DNA of 64,000 bases from Micromonosporaceae bacterium (GTDB lineage: Bacteria > Actinomycetota > Actinomycetes > Mycobacteriales > Micromonosporaceae). Positions within the stretch are counted from its first letter, which is position 1; each line of letters starts with the position of its first letter. The notes beneath the pieces were generated by a model, which did no database searches, was not told where the DNA came from, and worked only from the letters and a program-made list of their open reading frames with translations. The stretch is taken from assembly GCA_036506795.1 (NCBI GenBank), contig DASXRC010000021.1, positions 17,190-81,189 on the forward strand, in the 5' to 3' direction. Below, piece by piece: positions 28,144-37,850 of this stretch. The position numbers and the translations under genes were made by a program.

Positions 28144-30033
28144 TCACACCGTGATCGATGCGCGGGCCCGGGCCGCTCTCACCGCGGCGGTCAGCGTCTG
28201 GATGTCGTACGCACCGCGGTGCCGCCGCCCGTTGATGAAGAAGGTCGGAGTTCCGGAGACCCCGCTCAGGTCGGCGGAGTCGACGTCCGCGGCGATGCGC
28301 GCCGCGCCGCGCCGGCGGCGTACGTGGTCGCTGAACGTTTCGACGTCGAGGCCGAGCCGCTCGGCATAGTCCATGAGGTCGGCGGGGCGTAGCTCGCCCT
28401 GGTGCTCGAGCAACATGTCGTGCATGGGCCAGAACGCCCCCTGGTCGTCCGCCGCCTCGGCGGCTTCGGCGGCGAGCTGAGCGTGCGGGTGGACGTCGGT
28501 CAGCGGAAGATGCCGCCACACGTACCGCACCTCGCCGTGGCCGGCCAGCAGCGCACGGACCACGGGCTCCGCCTGTCCACAGTACGGACACTCGAAGTCG
28601 CCGTACTCGACGAGCGTCACCGGCGCCTCGTGCGGGCCCCGGATGTGGTCGCGGTCCGGGTCGACCGGCACGGCGAGGTCTACAATGGACTCCGCGGTGC
28701 CGAGCAGGGCACGCGCCCGCCGGCGCGGCGGGAGCAGCGCGGTGACCCGGAAGACCAGCCAGGTCACAATCGACGCTGTCAGCGCCGCGGTCAGCACGCC
28801 GAGTTTGGCCTCCTCCAGCTGGGCACCGGTGAAGGCGAGCGTGGCCACGAGCAGGGAGACGGTGAAGCCGACGCCCGCGATGGTGCCCGCCCCGGCGACC
28901 GCGGCCCAGCCGACCGGCGGGCGCAGCCGACCGCGGCTGACCCGGCCGAGCAGCCAGGTGGCGCTCACGATGCCGGCCGGCTTGCCGATTACGTAGCCCA
29001 CCGCGATCCCGAGCGTGATGGGCGACGTGTACGCCTTGCCGAGAAAGCCACCGCTGATCTCGATGCCCGCGTTGGCGAGGGCGAACAGCGGCACGATCAC
29101 GTAGCTGGTCCACGGGTGGTACAGCACCTGCAGCCGCTCGTTGAACGAGATGGCTCGCTCCAGTCCGAGTCGTGCCGACCGCTCGAGTTCCGGGGTCGGC
29201 TGCTCGCGAAAGAGCCGGAACAGGTCGGTCGCCCGCTCCAGCTGGCTGCGTGGGGCGGGGTACGCGAAGACCATGAGGCCCATCGCCAGACCCACCACCA
29301 CCGGGTCGACGCCGGACTCGAACAGCGCGACCCAGGCCGTTGCGCCGACGATGCCGTAGATCAGGCCGTACCGGAGCCGACGCGCCCGAAAGAGCAGGCC
29401 CAGGGCGAACACGCCCGCGGCGATGGCCAGCGCCGGCCACACCACGTGCTCGCTGTACGCGACGGCGATCACCACGAGCGATGCCAGGTCGTCGACCACC
29501 GCGACGGTCAGCAGGAAGGCGCGCAGCCGTTCCGGAAACCGCGGACCGACCAGCGCCAGCATGCCGAGGGCGAACGCCGTGTCGGTGGCCATCGCCGTGC
29601 CCCACCCGTGGATCGAGGAACGGCCCGCGTTGACCGCGACGTAGATGGCGATGGGTACGGCCATCCCGCCGAGTCCGGCGACCAGCGGCACCGCGAGGCG
29701 GCGCCGCTCGCGCAGCTCTCCGATGTCGAACTCGCGGCGCGCCTCCAGGCCGACAACGAAGAAGAAGAACGTCATCAGGCCCGTGTTCACCCAGCCGCGG
29801 AGGTCCTGCGACACCCCGACGCTGCCGACGTTAATGGACAGCGGCGTCTGCCAGACGGATTCGTACGACGAAGGGTCGATGTTGACCCACAGCAGCGCCG
29901 CCAGCGCCGCCCCCAGCAGCACCGCGGCGCTGCCCGTCTCCGTCCGCAGGAACTCGCGCAGCGGCGTATCGATGGTGCGCACCCACGCGGTGCGTCGGGT
30001 CCAGGCGTTGGCCGAGGACTCGACGTCGGTCAT
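28144..30033 (-). CDS. nhaA: Na+/H+ antiporter NhaA fused to a C-terminal DsbA/thioredoxin-like domain
   Basis: NhaA-like TM core ([13 protein letters not shown]..., ALANAGI). C-terminal [19 protein letters not shown] contains CxxC. ATG 30033 is preferred because GGAGG lies 9 nt upstream; ATG 30042 directly abuts the RBS. Confidence 0.85.
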   Translation of the reverse strand: MTDVESSANAWTRRTAWVRTIDTPLREFLRTETGSAAVLLGAALAALLWVNIDPSSYESVWQTPLSINVGSVGVSQDLRGWVNTGLMTFFFFVVGLEARREFDIGELRERRRLAVPLVAGLGGMAVPIAIYVAVNAGRSSIHGWGTAMATDTAFALGMLALVGPRFPERLRAFLLTVAVVDDLASLVVIAVAYSEHVVWPALAIAAGVFALGLLFRARRLRYGLIYGIVGATAWVALFESGVDPVVVGLAMGLMVFAYPAPRSQLERATDLFRLFREQPTPELERSARLGLERAISFNERLQVLYHPWTSYVIVPLFALANAGIEISGGFLGKAYTSPITLGIAVGYVIGKPAGIVSATWLLGRVSRGRLRPPVGWAAVAGAGTIAGVGFTVSLLVATLAFTGAQLEEAKLGVLTAALTASIVTWLVFRVTALLPPRRRARALLGTAESIVDLAVPVDPDRDHIRGPHEAPVTLVEYGDFECPYCGQAEPVVRALLAGHGEVRYVWRHLPLTDVHPHAQLAAEAAEAADDQGAFWPMHDMLLEHQGELRPADLMDYAERLGLDVETFSDHVRRRRGAARIAADVDSADLSGVSGTPTFFINGRRHRGAYDIQTLTAAVRAARARASITV

Positions 30034-30182
30034 GCCGCCCATCCTCCCCCGGCAGGCGCCCGCGGAGGCTCAGGTTCGGCCGCTTGGACCGCCGCCGTGC
30101 GGCCACTGTCGGGTGGCGCGCGGGAGGTGTAGGTTCAGCCGCACCGAGCGATCAACCGTCCCGGGTGTCAGGGGGTGCAGTC

Positions 30183-30398
30183 ATGTCCGACAGCATTTAC
30201 ACGTTTACCGAGGTCGTGGGCACCAGCACCGAGTCATGGGAAAAGGCCGCCGCCGCCGCCGTGGAGCGGGCGGGAAGGACTCTGCGGGATCTGCGGGTGG
30301 CGGAGGTGGTCAAGCTCGATATGGACATCGACAACGGTCAGGTCCGGGCGTACCGCGCTCGCCTGCAGATCTCCTTCAAGCTGGAGGAGCACGGCTGA
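30183..30398 (+). CDS. Dodecin family flavin-binding protein
   Basis: 71 aa: MSDSIYTFTEVVGTSTESWEKAAAAAVERA...YRARLQISFKLE. Confidence 0.85.
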   Translation: MSDSIYTFTEVVGTSTESWEKAAAAAVERAGRTLRDLRVAEVVKLDMDIDNGQVRAYRARLQISFKLEEHG

Positions 30399-30445
30399 TA
30401 CCCGCGCCGCCCGCCTGCCTCCGGCGTATCGGCGCGAGCTCGCCG

Positions 30446-30606
30446 ATGTCCCGCCGAATCCTTTGCTCTGCTTCCCGTGGGGAAACGCCTGGCGGCCGAT
30501 AATGCGTTCGTCCTTCGGTCGGGCTGCCGCTCGGCCTTTGGTCGGCTCGCCCTCCGCCAACGAGTGTCTCCTCGGCGGAAGCAGAGCAAAGGATTCGGCG
30601 GGACAT
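30446..30606. repeat. Perfect 30-bp inverted repeat flanking a 101-bp spacer (MITE-like or structured-RNA-like element)
   Basis: ATGTCCCGCCGAATCCTTTGCTCTGCTTCC at 30446-30475 is the exact reverse complement of 30577-30606. The element is intergenic, between the dodecin and hydrolase 3' ends. Confidence 0.9.
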
Positions 30607-30636
30607 GTGCGTCGGGTCTAGCTCGACGCACATGTC
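30602..30636. terminator. 13-bp perfect hairpin between convergent genes
   Basis: GACATGTGCGTCG (30602-30614), a 9-nt loop, then CGACGCACATGTC (30624-30636). It lies 10 nt from the hydrolase stop. There is no clear U-tract. Confidence 0.45.
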
Positions 30637-30645
30637 GCAGTGCTT

Positions 30646-31495
30646 CTACTGGACGAAGCGCTTGACGAAGTTCAGAGTGGTATCGCAGACCTCGCGCCAC
30701 CCGCTGTCGATGGTCAGCGCATGCCCGCGGTTGGGTATCTCCACGATCTCGGTCACCCCTGAGTTGTCCTTCTGTTGCTTGTAGGAAGCGTTGGCGATCG
30801 CCCACGGCACGGTGTGGTCCTTCTCGCCGGAGATGATCAGCATTGGGCCACGGTCGGGGTTGTCGGTGTCCACCTTGGCCTCGGTCCACGGGTTGAGGTT
30901 GGCGGTGGGGGCCTGGAACAGCGGCGCACCGGAGGCTGGCACGGTGTAGGCGTCGTACAGCTCGCGAGCCTCGTCCTCGGAGACCGCGTTGGCGAACGCG
31001 TACCGGAACTGGTCGTAGGTCAGCGGCACCGCCCGGTGCCGGTTGCGTGGGTTGCCGAGCACGGGAAACCCCGATTTCAGCGCCGAGAACGGCAGCGGCA
31101 GTACGCCCCGGAACGGGGCCGGGTCCACCGCCACGGACGCGGCCGATAGACCGCGGCCCGCGATGATCTGGGTCAGCAGGCCGCCGAACGAGTGCCCGAC
31201 CACGGCGGGCTTCTTGTACAGCTTGCCAATCACGTCCACGAAGTGGTCCGCCACCTGCCCGATGGTCTTGTTCGCGAAGGTCTCCGGGTGCGCCTTGGCC
31301 TCGTCGACCGTATTCGGATCGTCGGGCCAGCCCGGGGGTCAAGGTCGAATAGCCGGCCTCCTCAAAGACCGCTGCCCACCTGTCCCAGCTGCTGGGTAGC
31401 AGCCACAGGCCGTGGATGAACACGACGGAGGGACGGCCCGACGTGTTTGCGCGCTGGATCTGCTCGTCGGTAGTGGGAAAGCTGGGGTCAGACAT
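30646..31495 (-). pseudogene. Alpha/beta hydrolase with a +1 frameshift (or sequencing error) in a C/G run
   Basis: The N-part (ATG 31495: ..VVFIHGLWLLPSSW..TLTPG) and the C-part (WPDDPNTVDEAKAHPETF..VGHSFGG..) are in different frames. The junction is at CCCGGGGG 31331-31338. Total length is 850 nt, i.e. 3n+1. Confidence 0.7.
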
Positions 31496-31588
31496 GAGGC
31501 AACAGTAGGGGTGCGCTTACTGGCTACCAAGCACGTCTCAAGCCGGCGGCCGGCGGTGGCGCGTACCGTTGGTGAGGGTGACGACGAC

Positions 31589-32146
31589 ATGGGCACGTGG
31601 CGCCAGCGGTATCACGACTACAGCACACGTTTCTATGGCCCCAGCCCGCGCAGCGCCTGGCTGAGTTGGCTCGGCGACCAGCGCATCGCGATCGGCTGCG
31701 TACCGACGGCCGCGACGCTGCCAAGGCTGACCGAGCAGGGCGTCACGCACGTCGTCAACTGCCGGGCGACGGCGCAGACGTGGATTTCTCAGGATCTCGC
31801 CGTCGAGCGTGCCCTGTTCGGACGGTCTCGCGTCGTCCACGCCCCGATGTGGGACTTCGGCCAGCCTCAGCCTCCCCGGTTGTGGTCGTCCGCCGCGCAC
31901 TTCGCCGCCCGGGCCCTCGCCGACGACCCGTACGCCAGCGTGCTGATCCATTGCCATCAAGGCCGTCGGCGCTCGGTCATGCTCGCGTACGCCGTGCTGC
32001 GGCTGCGCGGCCACGAGCCCGACCAGGCGAGGGCGGTCATCTCGCGGCACCGCGCCGAGGCGCAACTCGTCGCCGCCTATACGGAGAGCGTCGAACGGTG
32101 GCTGGCCGCCGGCGCCGCGCCGCTGGGCCGGACCGCCCGGCGGTAG
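31589..32146 (+). CDS. Dual-specificity / tyrosine protein phosphatase-like protein
   Basis: ATG 31589 is in frame with ORF 31412. Active-site loop HCHQGRRRS (CX5R). Confidence 0.75.
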   Translation: MGTWRQRYHDYSTRFYGPSPRSAWLSWLGDQRIAIGCVPTAATLPRLTEQGVTHVVNCRATAQTWISQDLAVERALFGRSRVVHAPMWDFGQPQPPRLWSSAAHFAARALADDPYASVLIHCHQGRRRSVMLAYAVLRLRGHEPDQARAVISRHRAEAQLVAAYTESVERWLAAGAAPLGRTARR

Positions 32147-32172
32147 CGACCGTCCCGGATCGTGGCGACAGG

Positions 32173-32865
32173 TCAGAACTCGAACCGTGGCGAGTCCTTG
32201 TTCAACACCGCGGTGCTCGGCGATGCCGACCAAACGCGGTGCACCTCGTCGGCGACGACGGCGGTGACGTTCGGGACGTCCGTGGACGCCGAACCATGCA
32301 TCGCCTCGGCGACGACAAGGACCGCGCTCGTCGCGTCGCGTACCGCCGATTGGCCGCTCTGCCGGTTCGTCCACCGCCGAGCGTGCGCCTGCCCGGCGGT
32401 GTCGGCAAAGATCACTTCGTGCGGTTCCGGGTGTTCCGTCTCGCCCGAGAAGGTGAGGTACCTTTCGTCGCCCCGTGCGTGGCGAACCTCGAGACCGTCG
32501 GAGATCTTGCTTAGGTCGAACACGGCGACCGGGATCGCGAACGCGAGCGAGATCGCGTTGCACAGGTCGATCAGGGGATGGATCCGTGGGAGCGTCCGCT
32601 CCCTCCGGTAGCGCCGCAGCAGCGACTCGGCGGCGCACCGATACTGTGTCGGCTTGAGTCCCATCCTCGAGAACGTGCGTCGCCACGCCAGTATCTCGGG
32701 AAACTCGGCCTCCGAGCTGACCGCGAGCCGCGTCTCGGCGACCGTGGTGAATCCGGCGAGTTGATGATCGACGGATGCGTTCCCGGTGATCCCGGCCGCG
32801 AAGACCACGCCGGCGACGAGGTCTGGGTGGTCCGCCCAGATCTCCGCGGAGTGCTGAAAGTACAT
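32173..32865 (-). CDS. B3/B4 tRNA-binding domain protein (PheT-related, COG3382-like)
   Basis: ATG 32865, 230 aa. Pattern ILAWRRTFSRMGLKPTQYRCAAESLLRR...IHPLIDLCNAISL..PVAVFD. Confidence 0.65.
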   Translation of the reverse strand: MYFQHSAEIWADHPDLVAGVVFAAGITGNASVDHQLAGFTTVAETRLAVSSEAEFPEILAWRRTFSRMGLKPTQYRCAAESLLRRYRRERTLPRIHPLIDLCNAISLAFAIPVAVFDLSKISDGLEVRHARGDERYLTFSGETEHPEPHEVIFADTAGQAHARRWTNRQSGQSAVRDATSAVLVVAEAMHGSASTDVPNVTAVVADEVHRVWSASPSTAVLNKDSPRFEF

Positions 32866-32937
32866 GGCTCCCTGTGGTGGATCGGTCGGGTGTCCGGTTG
32901 CCCGGAAATTGTCGGAGGGTTGAGCAACGATGGCGCT

Positions 32938-33711
32938 ATGACGATTCCACAGTTTCCGACCGGTACTCCCAACTGGGTTGACATCGGCACGTCGGACGTC
33001 GATGGGGCGGTCGCCTTCTACACGCAGCTGTTTGGCTGGACCTACGCGGATTTCGGGCCGGACGCCGGTGGCTACGGCGCGTTCCTGAAAGACGGGAAGC
33101 AGGTGGCCGGCGTCGGCCCGACGACCGACCCGGCCCAGGGCACCTCGTGGGCGACCTACCTGGCCACGGACAACGCCGGCGCCACCACCGACAAGGTCGA
33201 GGCCGCCGGCGGCAAGGTCATCATGGCGCCGATGCAGGTCATGGATCAGGGCATCATGGCGGTCTTCGCCGACCCCGCCGGCGCGTTCATCTCGGTCTGG
33301 CAGCCCGGCGCACACCAAGGGGTCGAGGTCATGCAGGAGCCCGGCAGCCTGACCTGGGCCGAGCTGATGACCAGCGACATCGCTGCCGCCAAGGCCTTCT
33401 ACGAGCGCGTGTTCGGCGTCTCCACCCGCGACGTCGACGCCGGCGACGGCGGCACGTACACCCTGATCGAGGCGGGCGGCAAGTCCGTGGCCGGGGCCAT
33501 GGAGATCCGACCCGAGTGGGGTCCGATGCCCTCACACTGGTCGATCTACTTCGAGGTCGACAACTGCGACGCGATCGCCGACCAGGCGGTCCAGTTGGGC
33601 GGCACCGAGATGACGCGGCAGGATTCGCCGGCCGGGCGCTTCGCCAACCTCGCGGACCCCCAGGGTGGCGCGTTCTCCATCATCAAGACTGATCCAGACT
33701 TTTCGATGTGA
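32938..33711 (+). CDS. VOC (glyoxalase/bleomycin-resistance) family protein, two tandem domains
   Basis: Internal duplication: PNWVDIGTSDVDGAVAFYTQLFGW.. and LTWAELMTSDIAAAKAFYERVFG.. Each half ends in ..ADPQGGAFS-type strands. Confidence 0.85.
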   Translation: MTIPQFPTGTPNWVDIGTSDVDGAVAFYTQLFGWTYADFGPDAGGYGAFLKDGKQVAGVGPTTDPAQGTSWATYLATDNAGATTDKVEAAGGKVIMAPMQVMDQGIMAVFADPAGAFISVWQPGAHQGVEVMQEPGSLTWAELMTSDIAAAKAFYERVFGVSTRDVDAGDGGTYTLIEAGGKSVAGAMEIRPEWGPMPSHWSIYFEVDNCDAIADQAVQLGGTEMTRQDSPAGRFANLADPQGGAFSIIKTDPDFSM

Positions 33712-34498
33712 GGTGAGTCGATCCGCTCCGGTCGGCCAGCAGGGCGAGCAGGGGAATGCTGGAGATCTTCTCCGCCGTCAGCTCTGCCCAGCGGAGCCCG
33801 CCCACCGGGCGGCCGGGTCGCCGCTCGCGGCAGTCGATGATCCGGTCGGGTGTGACCACGAGGTCGAGCGGCACGTCGTGGGCCGTGTTGGGGATCCGTC
33901 CCGGCGGCCGCACCTGCAGTTCGTGGACCGTCGTGACCACCAACGCGTCCGGCGCGATGAGGCCGGCCTCGGCGGCGAGCGCGAACTCAAGATCAGCGAA
34001 TCCGCCGCCCTTACCGAGCCGAGTGCCGTCCTCGCCGGCCGCGACGCAGCCCATGACGACCATGTCCACCGGCGCCAGGTCGGCGATCGCGACCCGCCGC
34101 GCAGAACGGGAGGCGCCCCGGATAGAGGCGGCGCGCCGCGGCGTGTCGGCGAGGTGGTCCGGATCGAGGAGGAAGAACGGGTCCGGCTCGGTGAGCCGCG
34201 GCACCGCCATATAGACCGTCTTGCCATCTCGGAGGGCACGCTCGCGGACCGGCAGCTGCGCTGAGTCCGGGTTCGCCTTGATGGTCCCGGCGCGCCGCCA
34301 TTCGTCCGTCGCCCGCAGCCGCTCCGCGGCGGCCTCGGCGCCGGCGAAGTTCGGGATCCGCCCGGCCGCGCCCGGGAACCGGGCGACGCGCGCCGCGCCG
34401 AGCGCCGCCCAGACCTCCTCGCGTAACACGGCCTTGGCGGCGAGCAGATCCGCTGGGCCGCCGGCATCGCGGTCGTGCCGGCTCTGACCTCTCGGCAT
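33683..34498 (-). CDS. 5-formyltetrahydrofolate cyclo-ligase family protein
   Basis: Motifs GTRLGKGGGFADLEF and KANPDSAQ.PVR. ATG 34498 has better RBS spacing than ATG 34507. Confidence 0.7.
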   Translation of the reverse strand: MPRGQSRHDRDAGGPADLLAAKAVLREEVWAALGAARVARFPGAAGRIPNFAGAEAAAERLRATDEWRRAGTIKANPDSAQLPVRERALRDGKTVYMAVPRLTEPDPFFLLDPDHLADTPRRAASIRGASRSARRVAIADLAPVDMVVMGCVAAGEDGTRLGKGGGFADLEFALAAEAGLIAPDALVVTTVHELQVRPPGRIPNTAHDVPLDLVVTPDRIIDCRERRPGRPVGGLRWAELTAEKISSIPLLALLADRSGSTHLTSKSLDQS

Positions 34499-34531
34499 GC
34501 GTCTCATCCTCGCTGAGGATGCCGCCGAGAG

Positions 34532-36673
34532 TCAGGCCCGGAGGCCGGCGAGCGTGTCGTCCCGGTCGTGCTCGGCCGGATGCGTCCGGGCCGAGGCTGG
34601 CGCCGGGGATCGGCCGTCGAGCCAACGGGGGAGGTACCAGTTGCGCTCGCCGAGCAGTGCCATGGCGGCGGGGACGAGCATCAGCCGGGCGACCGTGACA
34701 TCGACGAAGATGGCGGCGGCCATGCCGACTCCGATGATCTTCACCTGCACGCTCGGGTCGAGCGCGAAGCCCAGTGCCACCGCGATCATGATGCCGGCCG
34801 CGGATGTGACGATCCGGGCCGTGTCGGCTAGCCCGGAGACGACGCTCGCGGGCACGCTTCCGGTCTGGTCGTACCGCTCGCGCACCCGGCTGAGCATGAA
34901 GACCTCGTAGTCCATGGACAGTCCGAAGAGGATCGCGAACAGTACGACTGGTGCCCAGGCGGCGATCGGTACCGGGGCGTCGAGCCCGACCAACCGCGCC
35001 CCTACCTGGGTCTGGAACGCCAGTGTCATGACGCCGTACGCGGCACCCACCGACAGCAGGTTGGTGAGCACCGCCTTGACCGGCAGCACGAGCGAACGGA
35101 ACACGAACACGAGCAGCACGAACGTGGCGGCGAGCACGGCGCCGATGACCTGCCAGAGATGGGCACTGAGCGTGCCGGTCATGTCGACGATGGTGGCGGT
35201 CGGTCCGGTCACGTCGACCCCGGCCGGAAGGCCGTCGTGCAGCCGGTGTACGAGCGCGTACGTCCGGTCGTCCTGCGGCCCGCTGCTAGGCGTGGCCTGG
35301 AAGGCCACCGTATCGCCGTCCGGTGACACTGCCGGCGGAGACACTCCGGCAACTCCGGGGGTGGCCGCGACGTCGGCCACGAGGCGGGTCAGCGTCGGGT
35401 CGTCCACGCGGTGGCGGTCGACCACGATCGTGAGGGGACCGTTGGCGCCGGGTCCGAAGCCGGTGGCCACCAGGTCGTACGCCTGGCGGGTCGGGCTCGA
35501 GGCGCGTTCGCTGCCGGCGTCGTTCTGGCCGAGCCGCATGCCCAGCGCCGGGGCGGCCAGAGTGAGCATGGCAACGACGGCGGCGGTGAGCCAGATGGCG
35601 GGCCGGCGTACGACAGCGCGACCCATTCGCTCGGCCCAGCGCGACCGGAATCCGGCCCGCGTGGAGCCCGCGGCTGTGCGCCGGGCCCGCCGGCCGAACA
35701 CCCGGTGGCCGAGCGCGCCGAGCATGCCGGGAAGCAGCGTGATCGAGGCGGCCACAGCGCAGAGCACGACCAGCCCGGCGGCCAACCCCATCGACCCGAA
35801 GCTGGGTACGCCGCTGAGGGCCAGACCGGTAATGGCGACGAGGACGGTCCCGCCGGCGAACACGACCGACCGGCCCGCCGAGGCGGTGGCTCGGGCGGCG
35901 GCCTCGATCGAGCCCAGCCCGTTGAGCATCCCCTCTCGGTGCCGCGCGACGACGAACAGGGCGTAGTCGATGCCGACCCCGAGGCCGATCATGCTGCCCA
36001 GCGTCGGGCTGACCGTGTTGACGTCCAATCCGCGCGCCAACAGCGTGATCAGGCCCAACCCCGCGCCTACGGCGACGCCGGCGATCAGCAGCGGCAGGCC
36101 GGCGGCCAGCGCCGACCCGAAGGCGACCAGCAGGATCACCAGGGCGATCCCGACACCGACGGTCTCCGCCAGTCCGTTGGGTCCCTGGATCGCTTCGGGC
36201 ACCTCGCCGCCGACGCCGACCCGCGCGCCGGCGTCCGCCAGGGGCGCTGACGCGCGGGTGAGCGCGTCCGTAGCGGCGCGCAGCGGGACGTCGGCCACCT
36301 CGGCGTCGTACCGCACTTCGAGCAGCGTGGTGCGGCCGTCGGCGCTGTCCCGCTCGTCCACGGTCCGGACGCCGGCCAGCCCGCGCACGTCACCGATCGC
36401 GCGCGCCAGGGCGGCACGGTCCGGGGAGCTGTCGGGCCATCGGGCGACCACGTGCGCCTCGGCGCCGGCCTCGGCCGGGAAGCCGGCGAGCAACCGCGCG
36501 TACGCGCGGTCGCTCGACGTTCCTGGCACCGTCATCGCGTCGCGCAGCGTGCCGCCGACGGTGGCCGACAGGGCTACCACGACCGCAAGGACGGCCAGCC
36601 AGCCGCCCGCGACGCGCAATGGATGGGCGGCACACGCCCGGCCGGTCGCTTCCAGCATTCGCCTGAGTTCCAT
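34532..36673 (-). CDS. MMPL family (RND superfamily) transporter
   Basis: 713 aa with two 6-TM bundles. Motifs GVGIDYALFVVARHRE and FGLSMDYEVFMLSRVRE. Confidence 0.9.
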   Translation of the reverse strand: MELRRMLEATGRACAAHPLRVAGGWLAVLAVVVALSATVGGTLRDAMTVPGTSSDRAYARLLAGFPAEAGAEAHVVARWPDSSPDRAALARAIGDVRGLAGVRTVDERDSADGRTTLLEVRYDAEVADVPLRAATDALTRASAPLADAGARVGVGGEVPEAIQGPNGLAETVGVGIALVILLVAFGSALAAGLPLLIAGVAVGAGLGLITLLARGLDVNTVSPTLGSMIGLGVGIDYALFVVARHREGMLNGLGSIEAAARATASAGRSVVFAGGTVLVAITGLALSGVPSFGSMGLAAGLVVLCAVAASITLLPGMLGALGHRVFGRRARRTAAGSTRAGFRSRWAERMGRAVVRRPAIWLTAAVVAMLTLAAPALGMRLGQNDAGSERASSPTRQAYDLVATGFGPGANGPLTIVVDRHRVDDPTLTRLVADVAATPGVAGVSPPAVSPDGDTVAFQATPSSGPQDDRTYALVHRLHDGLPAGVDVTGPTATIVDMTGTLSAHLWQVIGAVLAATFVLLVFVFRSLVLPVKAVLTNLLSVGAAYGVMTLAFQTQVGARLVGLDAPVPIAAWAPVVLFAILFGLSMDYEVFMLSRVRERYDQTGSVPASVVSGLADTARIVTSAAGIMIAVALGFALDPSVQVKIIGVGMAAAIFVDVTVARLMLVPAAMALLGERNWYLPRWLDGRSPAPASARTHPAEHDRDDTLAGLRA

Positions 36674-36729
36674 GTCCTCAGCGAATCTGCGTGGGCGCCG
36701 CGGCGTCCAACAGAAACCCGGGCGCGATT

Positions 36730-36746
36730 GACAACCATTGGTTGTC
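36730..36746. promoter_or_regulatory. 17-bp perfect palindrome GACAACCA-T-TGGTTGTC in the MMPL/LysR divergent intergenic region
   Basis: Read directly. It lies 57 nt from the MMPL start (36673) and 17 nt upstream of the LysR GTG (36763). It fits the T-N11-A style of LTTR boxes. Confidence 0.55.
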
Positions 36747-36762
36747 GACGCAGATTGGAGGC

Positions 36763-37734
36763 GTGGACCTGGACACTGGGTTGCTCCGGGCGTTCGTGGC
36801 GACCGTCGAAGAGAATCACTTCGGCCGGGCCGCGGCCCGGCTGTTCGTCACGCAGCAGGCGTTGTCGAAGCGGATACACAAGCTGGAGGAGATCCTGGGC
36901 GCCCGCCTCTTCGACCGGACCAACCGGCGCGTCGACCTCACCGCAGCCGGCGAGCGGTTCCTCCCACACGCCCGGCGCGCCCTCGCCGCGGTCGACGCCG
37001 CGGCGGGCGCGGTCGGCGTGGGCGCCGGCCCGTTCCGGGTCGACGTCATGTACGAGCACCTGTCCGTGTTGCGCCTGGTCCGCGAGGCGCTCGAGCACGA
37101 CCCGGATCTCCCCGTCGAGATCACCACCCAGACCAGCCTGCTGCCGACCGTACCCGCGCTGCGTCGCGGCGACGTCGACATCGCGTTCGGTCGGGCCATC
37201 GAGCGACCGTGGCCCGCCGATGTCCGGCGTCGGCTCGCTCTGCTCGAGCCGATCGGGCTGCTGGTCGGTGCGGACCACCCGCTCGCCGTGCGATCCACTG
37301 TGGAACTGGCCGAGCTCCGCGACTTGAGGCTGTGGTTCCCCACGGCGAGTGCTCCGGTGGATTGGACGTCGTTGCTGGACGAACTGACGGATGAGTTCGA
37401 CATCAAGCTGGACCCCGCCGGGCCTAAGGCGGGGTTCGACTACTTCCTCGATCGGCCGGCCAGGGATCTGAACACGGTCACGCTGTACGGCCTCGGCATG
37501 CCGCCGCCCGCGATCACGCGGCTCCGCGTCGTGCCGATCGTCGCACCCACGCCCGTGTTCGCCTGGTCGGTGATGTGGCGCCCTCGCGTACCGGAGTCGG
37601 TCATCGACCGACTGCTCGCGTACGCCGACCTTGACGTCGCCGTGCCCGTCGAGGTCGCGGCCGATCCGGACCGCGTGTGGCTGCCTGCCGCGGACCGCAC
37701 GTGGGTGTCGAGCGCCGGTCGGCCACCGGCCTGA
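36763..37734 (+). CDS. LysR family transcriptional regulator
   Basis: GTG 36763 preceded by GGAGG. HTH region LRAFVATVEENHFGRAAARLFVTQQALSKRIHKLEEILGARLFDR. Confidence 0.9.
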   Translation: MDLDTGLLRAFVATVEENHFGRAAARLFVTQQALSKRIHKLEEILGARLFDRTNRRVDLTAAGERFLPHARRALAAVDAAAGAVGVGAGPFRVDVMYEHLSVLRLVREALEHDPDLPVEITTQTSLLPTVPALRRGDVDIAFGRAIERPWPADVRRRLALLEPIGLLVGADHPLAVRSTVELAELRDLRLWFPTASAPVDWTSLLDELTDEFDIKLDPAGPKAGFDYFLDRPARDLNTVTLYGLGMPPPAITRLRVVPIVAPTPVFAWSVMWRPRVPESVIDRLLAYADLDVAVPVEVAADPDRVWLPAADRTWVSSAGRPPA

Positions 37735-37850
37735 GGCGCGAAGGCCCCGGTCGTTGACCGGGCGTTCGGACTTTACCGCGCCGGCGGCATCACGCATCGT
37801 GGGTCTGCGGCACGATAATGATGGGAATCCGCGCCGTCTCGGGAGGCCAG

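Noticed and set aside
30061-30142. Two ~22-nt similar segments (GCGGAGGCTCAGGTTCGGCCGC / CGGGAGGTGTAGGTTCAGCCGC) about 60 nt apart, upstream of the dodecin gene
   Set aside because: Only about 16 of 22 positions are identical and the sequence is GC-rich. That is too weak to separate from chance by eye.
37746-37762. Short hairpin CCCGGTC-GTT-GACCGGG after the LysR gene as a possible terminator
   Set aside because: The stem is only 7 bp with no following T-tract. Many such stems occur by chance in GC-rich DNA.
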